NCBI GenBank assembly: GCA_951406725.2 | Contig: OX597817.1 | Location: 46,624,001 to 46,688,000, forward strand | Direction: 5' to 3' | Origin: Octopus vulgaris | Lineage: Eukaryota | Length of the DNA: 64,000 nucleotides | In this document: piece after piece, positions 16,491-28,607 of the stretch | How positions within the stretch are numbered: position 1 is the first letter of the stretch | Layout: every line of letters starts with the position of its first letter | The notes under the pieces: model-generated | Told to the model about the DNA's origin: nothing | What the model saw: the letters and a program-made list of their open reading frames with translations, nothing else | Databases searched by the model: none | Translations under genes and position numbers: made by a program

Positions 16491-17044
16491 TTCACCGACC
16501 GATGGAATAAATACCAGAATTTTATAAAAACAACAACACACCGACCAATGTTTTTGTGAATAAATTTACTCAAAGAAAACATTGGTCGGTCTGCGCTCTA
16601 CAGTAGAAGACACTTTCCCAAGATGCCGCACCGTGGAACGGAACCGGAAACCGTGTGGTTGTAAAATGATCTTCTTAGCTACACAGCCATATCTACTTTA
16701 TACGTAAGAAACCGATATTACTCATCAGTTCTAAGACACCAGCTGACGAAATCGGTTAGGCAGCGAATACAATTCGTTGCGATTATTAAATTTCTTCAAC
16801 CGGTGTTCTGAGTTCAAACCTCACCGAGATTCCATTCTGCTTTCTGTATTCTTTTTTATTTCCTTTTTATCTATCGTTTTCATTTTGCTTTACACCCTTC
16901 CTGTGTCGAACAAAAAAACTAAAAGTATCCATATCAAGATTGATAAATTACATAGCAATAAGATCGATATAGATAATCGCTTGCACACAGCATCAGCGCA
17001 TCAACACCACCCACCCACGGCCAGACGTGAGTAGCTTTGCTATT

Positions 17045-17240
17045 GTATTTTGTCTTTTACTTGGTTCAGTCATCAGAGTGCGCTCATGCTGGGGCACCGC
17101 CTGGAATATTTTTTAGTCGAACGAATCGACCCTGGGATATTTTAAAGCCAAGTACTTATATATTATGTTCTCTTTTGCCGAACTGCGGGTCTAAACAAAC
17201 CAACAGCGACTATCAAGCGGTGTTGAAGGAGAAACACAAA
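17045..17240 (-). mobile_element. SINE family C, 3' part
   Basis: Matches the other family C copies in the window (ggcggtgctccagcatggccgcagtc...tgactgaaacaagtaaa tail). Confidence 0.75.
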
Positions 17241-17530
17241 TGCGAAAAACATAAACACGGATCTCCATAGATACCTGTATACATACATATATGCTAAAAA
17301 CTTTCACACACACAAGCATACACTCACACATACACACACACGCACACACACACACAAGTATGCGCACATAAGGATACCCATCTTAGAAGGACTAAATGGA
17401 ATAAGCGGAGCAAGAACACACACGAAAACGAAAAGTGTCGCTGAAGAAGTCACAGATGAGTGACAAAAGATTTCATGACAATGGACATGAGTTAAAATAA
17501 TAAAATAAGAATAGTAACAAACAAGTGAAG

Positions 17531-17599
<69 letters not shown>

Positions 17600-17654
17600 C
17601 GCGTGTTTATTTGGCAAAAAAACAAAACTGAGATGACCGTCCCGAAATACAGCA

Positions 17655-17752
<98 letters not shown>

Positions 17753-17757
17753 ATATC

Positions 17758-17785
<28 letters not shown>

Positions 17786-17790
<5 letters not shown>

Positions 17791-17923
17791 TATGTCACAT
17801 GTTTTTATATACCATATATTGGTGCTTGCATCTACTCTAGAAGACTCTTCCAGATTTGAAGAGTCTACAAGAGTAGATGCAAGCGCTATTTATATGATTT
17901 GTAAAAACATGTGACATATTAAT
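17786..17923. repeat. ~138-nt imperfect inverted repeat (long hairpin) between (TA)n tracts
   Basis: attaatatgtcacatgttttta...gcttgcatctactct..agactcttc [cagattt] gaagagtct..agagtagatgcaagc...taaaaacatgtgacatattaat. Confidence 0.9.
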
Positions 17924-18007
17924 AAAAATCTGTAAATATAAAACCATCCAGATTTCTGAGTACCTTAATTCTTCTAATATATAATATCTGTACAACACCC
18001 TCAAACC

Positions 18008-18074
<67 letters not shown>

Positions 18075-18076
<2 letters not shown>

Positions 18077-18245
18077 GTGTGTGTGTTTACGTCCCCGTTA
18101 CCAAGCGGTTCGGCAAAAAGAGGCCAATAGAATAAGTACTAGGCCTACAAAGAATAGGTCCTGGAGTCAATTTGTTCGACTAAATGCGGTGCTCCAGCAT
18201 GGCCGCAGTTCAATGACTGAAACAAGTAAATGAATAAAAGTATAA
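18075..18245 (+). mobile_element. SINE family C, 3' half
   Basis: gtgtttacgtccccg...gcggttcggcaaaa...gcggtgctccagcatggccgcag...gaaacaagtaaa. Confidence 0.8.
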
Positions 18246-18254
18246 TAAAAGACT

Positions 18255-18306
<52 letters not shown>

Positions 18307-18647
18307 CATATACACATATATATATATATACATACTGGGTCTAAAAACATTGGTTGTTACGAGAGTAAAAGGTACCACCTGCGACTGTATGGACGCCCAC
18401 CTGCAACTACGATGCTTTTTCTTTTTTTTTTTCGTTTAAAGAATTCTTTTCAACTGTCTACAAACACAGCCAGGCTAATATAATTAATGTATTCTTCCAG
18501 GAGTGAATCAAAAATTCTCAACCTTGAGGGGATGGCCCCTTTAGATACCAACATGGGCCTCTGTATATGGATTCTAATGGCGCAAGCTGCTAACCTGGCC
18601 AGTCCGCCACTTTATTTATATGTGTGGGTGGATGTATACAGATGGTG

Positions 18648-18960
18648 ATGGCGCGTACTTAATGGTTTCGGTATTCCGCTAAGGTCGTGGGTTTAATTCC
18701 CGGCGAGACGTTGCGTCCTTCAGCAAGACACTTTATTTCACGTTACTCCAGTTCACTCGACTGGCAAAAATGAGTTGTGCCTGTATTTCAAAGGGTCAGC
18801 CTTGTCACACTCTGTGTCACGCTGAATTTCCCTGAGAACTACGTTAAGGTTACACGTGTCAGTGGAGTACTCAGTCACTTGCACGTCAATTTCACGAGCC
18901 GGCTGTTCCGTTGATTGGATCAACTGGAACCCTCGTCGTCGCAACCGACGGAGCGCCAGA
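18648..18960 (+). mobile_element. Mosaic tRNA-SINE (family D-like middle, family B tail)
   Basis: A degenerate tRNA head is followed by agcaagacactttatttcacgtt..ccagttcactc and then the tail ...gatcaactggaaccctcgtcgtcgcaaccgacggag. Confidence 0.75.
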
Positions 18961-19416
18961 TTATATATGCACACCATAGATTTCTTTCAGTTTCCGTCTA
19001 CCAAATGGCTCTAGCCGGCCCTAGGATATACTAGAAGACATTTACCCATTATCCCACGCAGTGGGACTGAACCCGGAACCACTTGGCTGGAGAGCAATCA
19101 ATGCTTAATGACTTTACCAACTACTACCACCATCGTTGCCACTCTAATTACCACGTGACACACCCGCTTCTTCTCACACCACCACTCCCACGACTAACAA
19201 TAACAATTTTGCTAAATGTATTAATTACTCCAACCAATACTGTAATTAACAACATTTTGTATTTCAACTGCAATCACCATTAACACCACTCTCGTCGATA
19301 TCATTATCCCTCGTCCCAAAAATAACAACAAGGTATTGATTTTTGGTTCTGGTGTAAGCTTTATGAGATTTAGAAGCTATAATCGATGAAGGTTTCCTGG
19401 ATATATGACTGGTTAC

Positions 19417-19587
19417 CTTATCGATGTTGGTGAATGTTAAAATTGAATACTGCGGTACAGAGCGAAACGAAATTGAATAATGTTTGCCGTTCGATTTTAG
19501 CTGTTTGTAGCTCCGTGCCCGCTTCACCAAATGTCGTTTTGCAAACGCACCTCCTATCGTTTTGAAGCAAACGCGCACATAATATGT
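19417..19587 (-). other. Candidate 171-nt exon (phase 0-0) or CpG-rich regulatory sequence
   Basis: ctttttag-like acceptor (cttttag|aca) and donor AAG|gtaacc. The open frame reads TYYVRVCFKTIGGAFAKRHLVKRARSYKQLKSNGKHYSISFRSVPQYSILTFTNIDK. Confidence 0.3.
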
Positions 19588-20199
19588 CTAAAAGTTGATG
19601 AACCACCTATTGATCCCCTCCATTTTCTTATTGCTATATATATATAGAACAAATTTTCAATAAAACTTTTTGCAAGAAATAAATATTAATAGGAAAAGCA
19701 TTCTGTTATTGGTGAGCAGAAATGTGGTTGATGATATATTTTTGTTATATAACACCACATGTTAGTAATTTCCATAAATTAAATTAACATAGAGGGCACT
19801 GGTGCACATAAATATTTGAAATGAGGCACATAACATTCTCTTATAAAGTCATATGGGTTAGTATAGGAAGATATGGAAATTATACTACTGCACAAAATTA
19901 GTTACTGTTTGTTTAAAATCATCTATTATGAGTGGGGTTTTTGCGGGAGAAATCAAAATCTTAGAAGAAAACATTGATAAACATTTTTTCCATTTTTTCC
20001 CCTAAATGCTAAACCTTATATAATCAATTCTCCAAAGAACTGCAGTGCTCTGGCTCTCCACTGGACCACAGTTCCTCTGTTGAGATTGTTGCATAAAATT
20101 TCAGGCTGAACATCATTCACATCAATTCCAAATATCATAGTTATCTTAATAAAGGGTTATAGACACTGCCTTCCATCCTTGTATTCATACATCTTAATT

Positions 20200-20985
20200 T
20201 TGGCACAATACTAGCAATTATGAGTGGACAAGGGGTCAATTACATCAACTTCAGTGCTCTACAGTTACTTATTTTTATCGACCCCAGAAAGCAGAAAGAT
20301 AAAGTGAACAAAAGCGGTATTTGAAATCGGAACGCAAACAACAGGAAACAATGCAACTAAGCATTTCAACCGACGCGCAAACGTTTCTTATTTCTTTATT
20401 GCCCACAAGGAGCTAAACACAGAGGGTTCATACAAGGATAGACAAAGGGATAAAGTCGATTACATCGACCCCAGTGCGTAACTGGTACCTAATTTATCGA
20501 CTCCGAAAGGATGAAAGGCAAGGTCGACCACGGCGGAATTTGAACTCAGAACATAACGGCAGAAGAAATATCTATTTCTTTACTACCCACAAGGGGCTAA
20601 ACACAGAGAGGACAAACAAGGACAGACTAACGGATTAAGTCGATTATGTAGACCCCAGTGTGTAACTGGTACTTATTTAACCGACCCCTAAAGAATGAAA
20701 GGCAAAGTCGACCTCGGCGGAATTTGAACCCAGAACGTAGCGGCAGACGAAATACTGCTAAGCATTTCGCCCGGCGTGCTAACGTTTCCGCCTTCGTCTT
20801 ATAAATTAATATTGGCTTCAAATTTTGGCACAAGGTTAGGAATTTCGGAGAGGGGATAAGTCCATTACATGGACCCAGGTGCTCTGCTGAATTTATTTAA
20901 TCGACTCCGAAACCATGCAGGGCAAAGCCGACCTCGGCAGAATTTGAACTCTGAACGTAAAGATGGACGAAATACCGCTAGAGAC
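20200..20985 (-). mobile_element. SINE family A tandem cluster
   Basis: About four family A bodies in reverse orientation. Confidence 0.85.
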
Positions 20986-21816
20986 AGTTGGAAATAATAT
21001 TGGTTTACTCTGTTATAAATCCAAAAAGTTATCAGCTGAGTTATGAAGTTGAAGAATATACATGACAAGTGCTTCCTTATTAACCACCAAGGAGAGAACA
21101 AGAAGCGAAGTAAGAGGGAGTTCTGAACATTAAATGTAATATTGGGACAACGCCGGAAATCTTCAGTACATTAATAAACTCCATTCATGATCTATGAATT
21201 TCTAAGGGAATTTCCATTCACAGAATTTCGTTTGTTTTTCATTTATGAATCATCTTATATGAAAAGCACCGTTGAACAAAACTCACACTGTCAAAATCTA
21301 AAGACCGCTATTTTCATACGGAAACCATTTCACAGCAGTTACTCCACAAATATCTTTGACAACGGCAAGTTTCTCATGCATTTGGTTTTTACTTTAAAAA
21401 CGAATGAATACATTGTTGTTGTTGTTGTTGCTTTTTTTCCGTATATAAAATGATATGGACAGGGTTAAGTTTATATGATCTGGTTACCATTTACATTTCA
21501 AACAACATAATTTTCCTACCCTTTTGTAATGTCTTTGACGAAGTCGTTTACATTTACGCACAACGATGTTCCCTTTAAAGAAAAGTCGCAATTTCTTAAC
21601 GAATCCTGTCCAGAATTTACACACTTTTGAAAATCCTCCCCAGGATAATTCATGACGATATAGAAAAGAAAATTCCGGGTTGAAAGACTTCGTAAAGTAA
21701 AACAAGAAGGATCCAGAAAAAGATGGTGAAGAACTGTTAAGTGAAACCGAATTATAAGCATCACCTCAAACATTTGTCTCATAAATTCTTCCTCTCTTGC
21801 TCATTTATAACACACC

Positions 21817-21862
<46 letters not shown>

Positions 21863-22194
21863 CGTACACACCCGCACGCACATTGATTTGTCTTAGACGT
21901 GGTACTTCAGAGACACTTCTGCTACGGAAAACTTACTCATCTACAAATCTCCTTTACGAAAAATTGGTATGCAATTTCAAATATCACGAAAAGAAGAAAA
22001 TAATTTATTCCACGTTCAAACTTGTTTATATCTATAAAATATTCAGGAATTATGCTCTTTAAATCTGATTATTAACTTTTTTGTTTGTTGCATGTGTGTG
22101 TGTGTGTGTGTGCATGAGAGAGAAAGAGTGTATTTATATATGTGTCTGTGCGTGTATACATATACATGTGTGTGGGTGTGGGTGTGAGTGTGGG

Positions 22195-22234
<40 letters not shown>

Positions 22235-22447
22235 ATGTACGTGTGTTTGTGTGCGTGTGTTCATGTCAAGATGTACGTACAACGCCTCATATTGAAATTA
22301 AAACGGGATGAAAAATGTTTCGAGACGACCTTAATCATATAGAAGTTTTTTTTTTATAAACAAATTTGACTTCACCATTCAAAGTGCCTAAGTTTATGCT
22401 TTATATATGTATATATATACATATATATGTGTGTCTAAGTGTGTATG

Positions 22448-22488
<41 letters not shown>

Positions 22489-22504
22489 ATATATATATGT
22501 GCAT

Positions 22505-22735
22505 ATACTCTTACTCTTTTACTCTTTTTACTCTTTTACTTGTTTCAGTCATTTGACTGCGGCCATGCTGGAGTACCGCCTTTAGTCGAGCAACTCGACC
22601 CCGGGACTTATTCTTTTTGTAAGCCCACAACTTATTCTATCGGCCTCTTTTTGCCGAACCGCTAAGTGCCGGCAACGTAAACACACCACCATCGGTTGTC
22701 AGCAATGCTAGGGGAACATACACAGACACATAAAC
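22505..22735 (-). mobile_element. SINE family C, 3' half
   Basis: The (ttactctt)n tail and body match the other family C copies. Confidence 0.8.
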
Positions 22736-22785
22736 ACACACACATACATATATATATATATACATATATATGTATGCATGTATAC

Positions 22786-22857
<72 letters not shown>

Positions 22858-22898
22858 GTGAATATATAGATATACATATAGAAACCCATTTATTTATA

Positions 22899-22951
22899 CA
22901 GTAGTGCCTCGGTTTTCGAACAGCTGTGATCACAAATAAATCGTGCTTTAT

Positions 22952-23014
<63 letters not shown>

Positions 23015-23070
23015 TTTATAATGCACGATTTATTCGTGATCAGAACTGTTCGAAAACCGAGGTTCTACTG
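22899..23070. mobile_element. Tc1/mariner-superfamily (pogo/Tigger-like) MITE with a (GATA)n spacer
   Basis: ~49-bp TIRs cagtagtgcctcggttttcgaacag.../...ctgttcgaaaaccgaggttctactg, flanked by TA on both sides. Confidence 0.85.
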
Positions 23071-23072
23071 TA

Positions 23073-23184
<112 letters not shown>

Positions 23185-23708
23185 AAATTGTTATCTGTAC
23201 CATGTACAGCGATATCTGGAACAAATGTTAACATAGTTATTCAGAATGCCTACAGGCAAGTTAAGCCATACAGTATGGTGGATAGTTGTAGTGCAAGTCA
23301 TAAAAGAATAGCATTGCGACAAGTTCATTGATGCACAGGATTCTGGGATACCATTGTTACGACATGCAGAAAATTAAAGAGAATATATTTTAGATTAATA
23401 ATGTGCTTCGTTTATGTTATTTTTGAAAAATACATGAAGTAAATAATAACTCCATTGTTCATGGGATGAACCAATACACACATATATATATATATATATA
23501 GGTCAGTATGTGTATGTATGTATGTGGACCGTTGAAATCTATAAGGTTTTTTTTTTCATTCTCTTATTTATTTTCTCTTATTCCTTTCTGTTGAAGTACG
23601 TAAACCCGAAACGTAAAAGACATCTTTATTTTCCCGAACGTCAAAGTAATATAATTGTTCATACACCTGTCTTCATCTTTCGTTTTTCTATAAATTTCAA
23701 TATATATG

Positions 23709-23777
<69 letters not shown>

Positions 23778-24069
23778 AGAGAAAGAGCGAGAGAGAGAGA
23801 GAGAGGGAGGGCTAAATATACATATACAAAGATTACTATATCTAAAAAGTTACATACAACTTAGATTTAAATCATTAAGCTTTTCATGAAAAAAAAGAGC
23901 TGTTTCGACCTCTTCATGCATCTTAGAGCTTCTATAACAATTTCCCTAAAAATAGAATTATCACATAATGCCTTACTCTGATGTGTTTCTTTTTTCCATG
24001 AAAGTTTGATACTAAATAGAATCGTTTAAAGTTAGACCAATATTACGCCGGGAGAAAATAGTACCGTTG

Positions 24070-24100
<31 letters not shown>

Positions 24101-24562
24101 CTTATACATACACATATATACATATAAAATTATATAATATTCTACTTTATATATATATACATCGGTGGAAATATTTAGAAAGATATTTGCTTTGACGTGA
24201 CACTTATCGGAAAGTTTCCTGACATCCACTTGTAAATACTTTGAAGAAGTCTCCTTTTTTTTCTTTCTTTCTTGCTTTTTGAAAACAGCGTTTCCAGCTT
24301 CGAAAATTTGTCACTTTGAAGAAATTGTGAAGTGTTTGTTGTATACATAAAGATTGGAGAAAATATAGTATGTAATATCTTTTAATATTTTATATCATAA
24401 TAGAAACGACTTTAGTTCTAAAAGAAACATACTTGGGTGGTTTATTTTAATATCTCGTTCCTGTAGCATTAGGATGTGAGGCTAAAGCACTAGATAGGAC
24501 TGATTACTATAACAGAAAGTTACGCAAGTTTGCCTTTCAGAGAAACCCGATAACTTCTATTT

Positions 24563-25135
24563 AGGCGGTGAGATGGCGGTATTTCGTCTGTCTTTACGTT
24601 CTGAGTTCAAATTCCACCGAGGTCGACTTTGCCTTTCATCCTTTCGGGGTCAATTAAATATGTACCAGTTACGCACTGGAGGTCGATATAATCGACTTAA
24701 TCCGATTATCTATCCTTGTTTGTCCTCTCTGTGTTTAGCCCCTTGTGGGTAGTAAAGAAATAGAGAAATAGGTATTTCGTCTGCCGTTACGTTCTGAGAT
24801 CAAATTCCGCCGAGGTCGACTTTGCCTTTCATCCTTTCGGGGTCAATTAGATATGTACCAGTTATGCACTGGAGGTCGATATAATCGACTTAGTCCGATT
24901 GTCTGTCCTTGTTTGTCCTCTCTGTGTTTAGCCCCTTGTGGGTAGTAAAGAAATAGAAATAGGTATTTCGATTGTCTTTACGTTCTGAGTTCAAATTTCG
25001 CCGAGGTTTGACTTTGTCTTTCATTCCTACGGGATCGATAAATTAAGCACCAGTTATGTTCTTGGGTCGATCTAATCGACTGGCCCCCTCCCTCAAAAAT
25101 TTCGGGCTTTGTGTCTAGAGTAGAAATGAATAAGT
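24563..25135 (+). mobile_element. SINE family A array (three bodies)
   Basis: Units restart at ggtatttcg (~24576, 24771, 24962). Confidence 0.88.
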
Positions 25136-25139
25136 CTGC

Positions 25140-25825
25140 TCTATGGTGGAATTTGAACTCAGAACATAAAGATAGACGAATTATCGTTAAGAATTTCGCC
25201 CGGTGTGCTAAAGTTTCTGCCATCTCGCTACCTTTCCATATAGCAGAGATATTCTTTTCTACTCTAGGCACAAGGCCCGAAATTTTTTTGGGGGGGAGGC
25301 CAGTCGATTAGATCGACCCGAGTACACAACTGGTACTTAATTTATTGACCCGAAAGGATGACAGGCAAAGTCGACCTCGGCGGAATTTGAACTCAGAACG
25401 TAAAGACAGACGAAACACCTATTTCTTTACTACCCACAAGGGGATACACACAGAGGGGACCAACAAAGACAGACAAACGGATTAAGTCGATTATATCGAC
25501 CCCAGTGCGTAACTGGTACTTATTTAATCGACCCTGAAAGGATGAAAGACAAAGTCGACCTCGGCGGAATTTGAACTCAGAACGTAGCGGCAGACGAAAT
25601 ACTTATTTCTTTATTACCCACATGGGGCTAAACATAGAGGGGACAACCAAAGACAGAAATAGGTGTTAAGTCGATTACATCGACCCCAGTGCGTAAGTGG
25701 TACTTTATTTATCGACCCCGAAAGGATAAAAGGCAAAGTCGACCTCGGCGGAATTTGAACTCAGAATGTAAATACTGCTAAGCATTTCGCCCGGTGTGCT
25801 AACGTTTCTGCCAGCTCACCACCAT
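25140..25825 (-). mobile_element. SINE family A array (three bodies plus an extra head fragment), opposite orientation
   Basis: Reverse complement of the adjacent array. The head ggtgagctggcagaaacgttagcac is at ~25820. Confidence 0.88.
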
Positions 25826-26231
25826 GGCGTAACACGTAATACAATAACTTCCATAATAATTTATAAGTAAATGCAAGCCAGAAATCTTTTATTAAGTTTT
25901 AGAAACTGTGAAATTATCGAAAATGATTTATTATTCAATAAGATATTTTAATGTTTAATAGTAATCTGTACATAGTGATTTGCTTTTGTTTTGGTGAGAG
26001 TTAAGACCTTTTTTGTTTGTTTTTCTGTTGAATCGTTTCATTTATTTTAAACCTAAATATAACGTTGGCAGTTAAAGATTTTACTCACCACGCGATAAAT
26101 ATAATAAATATTATATGACCAGATACCCATTAAAAATGTCACCGCTTAAAAATCGAAGATACATTAATGCAATGTATGGGTTTTTTTTCTTCCTTTCTGT
26201 TTCAGACTATGTAGAGTTAATATTAACTCCG

Positions 26232-26593
26232 ATGTGGCGCAATGGCCCAGTGGCTAGGGGCAGCGGACTCGTGGACGTAGGATCCTGCTTTCGATTCTCA
26301 GACCGGGCGTTATGAGTGCTTATTGAATGAAAACCCCTAAAGCTCTACGACCTCCGACAAGTGGTGGTGGCGAACCCTACTGGATTTTTTCAGCCCGGTT
26401 AGCTCTCATTCTTTCTTCCAATTTCAAAGGGCCAGCCTTGTCACACTCTGTGTCATGCTGAATCTCCCCGAGACCTACGTTAAAGGTCCACGTGTCAGTG
26501 GAGTGCTCAACCACTTGCACGTTAATTTCATGAGCAGACTGTTCCGTTGATCGGATCAACTGGAACCCTCGTCGTCGCAACCGACGGAGTGTC
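26232..26593 (+). mobile_element. tRNA-derived SINE family B
   Basis: Head ggcgcaatggcccagtggctagggg...ttcgattc and tail ...ctggaaccctcgtcgtcgcaaccgacggagtg. Confidence 0.85.
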
Positions 26594-27067
26594 ATGATCC
26601 CAATATATAGTGATAGGCGTGTTATGCAAACTAGTGATAAATGTTTGGAGAATAGTGGCAATCGTTAGGTTTCGATTTAAGTGTTTAAACTTTAACCATT
26701 TCATTACTATATTTCGATAGCAGTACACCAACTGTGTGTTTTACTTGACAAAAATGGTGAAGAATTTGCAAGATTTAGTAAAAGCACCGTTTTTTTGCAT
26801 ATTAGCTTTGGACAAAATGTCTCGCAATGTTTCTTCCGGTTCTTTAGTTCTAAGATCAAATCGTGCTATTCATCCTTATGGGGTCGTTAAAATAGAGTTG
26901 CAGTAATATACTGGTATCGATGCAATCGCTATAAACCCCTTCCTTCGAAGCTGCTAGATGTGTGCCAGTCTTAGAAACAATTTTTTAAATCGGTATTTGG
27001 AAAACATCTTAGCAAAAGGGTCTTAGATTAAATTATGTCGATGATTTAACATGCATACATTTTTTTC

Positions 27068-27415
27068 AGCATTTGACTGCAGCCATGCTGGAGCACCACA
27101 TTTAGTCGAACAAATCGACCCCAGGACTTATTCTTTGTAAACCTATTCTTTTTCCAACGGTTTCTATTACTGAACCGCTAAGTTACGAGGACTTAAACAC
27201 ACCAACATCGGTTGTCAAACGATGGTGGGAGGACAAACACACACACACATACACACACATATATATATATATGTACGAAAGGCTTCTATCAGTTTCCCTC
27301 TACCAAATCCACTCACAAGGCTTTGGTTGTCCCGAGGATCTAGTAGTAGACATTTGCCCAAGGTGCCACGCGGTGGGATTGAACTCGGCAACATGTGGTT
27401 GGTAAGCAAGCTACT
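27068..27415 (-). mobile_element. SINE family C, near full length
   Basis: tRNA-like head, an internal (CA/TA)n stretch and the family C 3' body. Confidence 0.82.
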
Positions 27416-28038
27416 TTATTTTATGAAATTTGCCATAAAGGCAGAACATAGAGTAAGGCAGCTTGCGGGCTGGACACGGACATTAATGAGGTGAATGATA
27501 ATGATACAAGGATGATAAGGATGGGAGAAGCCGAAAAGCGCCCGCCCGCTGACTTTTACTTCTCTAAAACATTGTTTTACTGACCACACAGCCACTCCTG
27601 CATAAAAATTTGACAATAAAAGCAATTTCACTATACAACTAAAGATGTTTACATGTACTGAAAGCATTAAACAGTAAATTGTCCTAAACCTCATTTCATC
27701 ATTTCAAACTGACATTACCGTGGTCTCCTTTAAATCGATCTTTGTGATTTTCATCATAAATCAGAATATTAATTTAGAAATAAATACCGGGGGTCTATTG
27801 GATATTAATTTAGAAATAAGTGCTGCGGTCGATTCACATGACTAAAATTACTTCAAACCGTTGCCCCAGCATGACCGCAATTTTGTGACTGAAGCAAGTA
27901 AAGGATAAAAGATAACCATAAAAGTATGTGACAAGGTTATAACATCACACAAGCCTCTTGTTACCCCAACGCCATGCCATTACTACATCCTTATTCAACA
28001 GTTCTGTTCCGCGATTGGTTTCAACCGATGCCTTTATA

Positions 28039-28607
28039 TTGGGTTGTCCGGAAAGTTCGTGCCGATTTATAGCAGCTTACCTTTCGACTTATTTTAGAAC
28101 GTGGTTGAGTCCATAAAATAGGATTTGACTACACCTCCGTTTAGAGCACAGTTTAAGCTATCTTTTCGTGGAAGAAGGTTTATTATGTTCCTATAACCTG
28201 TATTAATTCTGTAACCCTTTAAAATGGAAGATAAGAAAGTTCATTTTCGATACTTGATGCTTTGGGAACCAGACAAAAATTGCTATAGCTCGGCTGGGAT
28301 GTGTTACCCCACCCTTCATATTCACCAGATATTGTTCCTTCGGATTTCCACTTGTTCAGGTTTCTGGATAATAGTCTTAATGGCAAAAATTTCAATTCCT
28401 TGGATGACGTTAAAAGATACCTTGATGAATTCTTTGCCATGAAACCACCTCAATTCTGGGAAGAGGGTATTTTCAAGTTAAAGGAAAGATGGAGACGCAT
28501 TGTGCAACAAAATGGTTCATATTTGTTAGATTAAAAATGTAATGGCAAGTATTTATTGGCCTTTTTCTTGCCTTTAAAAATCGGCACGAACTTTCCGGAC
28601 AACCTAG
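28039..28607 (+). mobile_element. Mariner internal-deletion derivative with both TIRs
   Basis: TIRs ttgggttgtccggaaagttcgtgccgattt / aaatcggcacgaactttccggacaacctag with TA flanks. The N-terminus MEDKKVHFRYLML is fused out of frame to WDVLPHPSYSPDIVPSDFHLF...GIFKLKERWRRIVQQNGSY. Confidence 0.93.
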
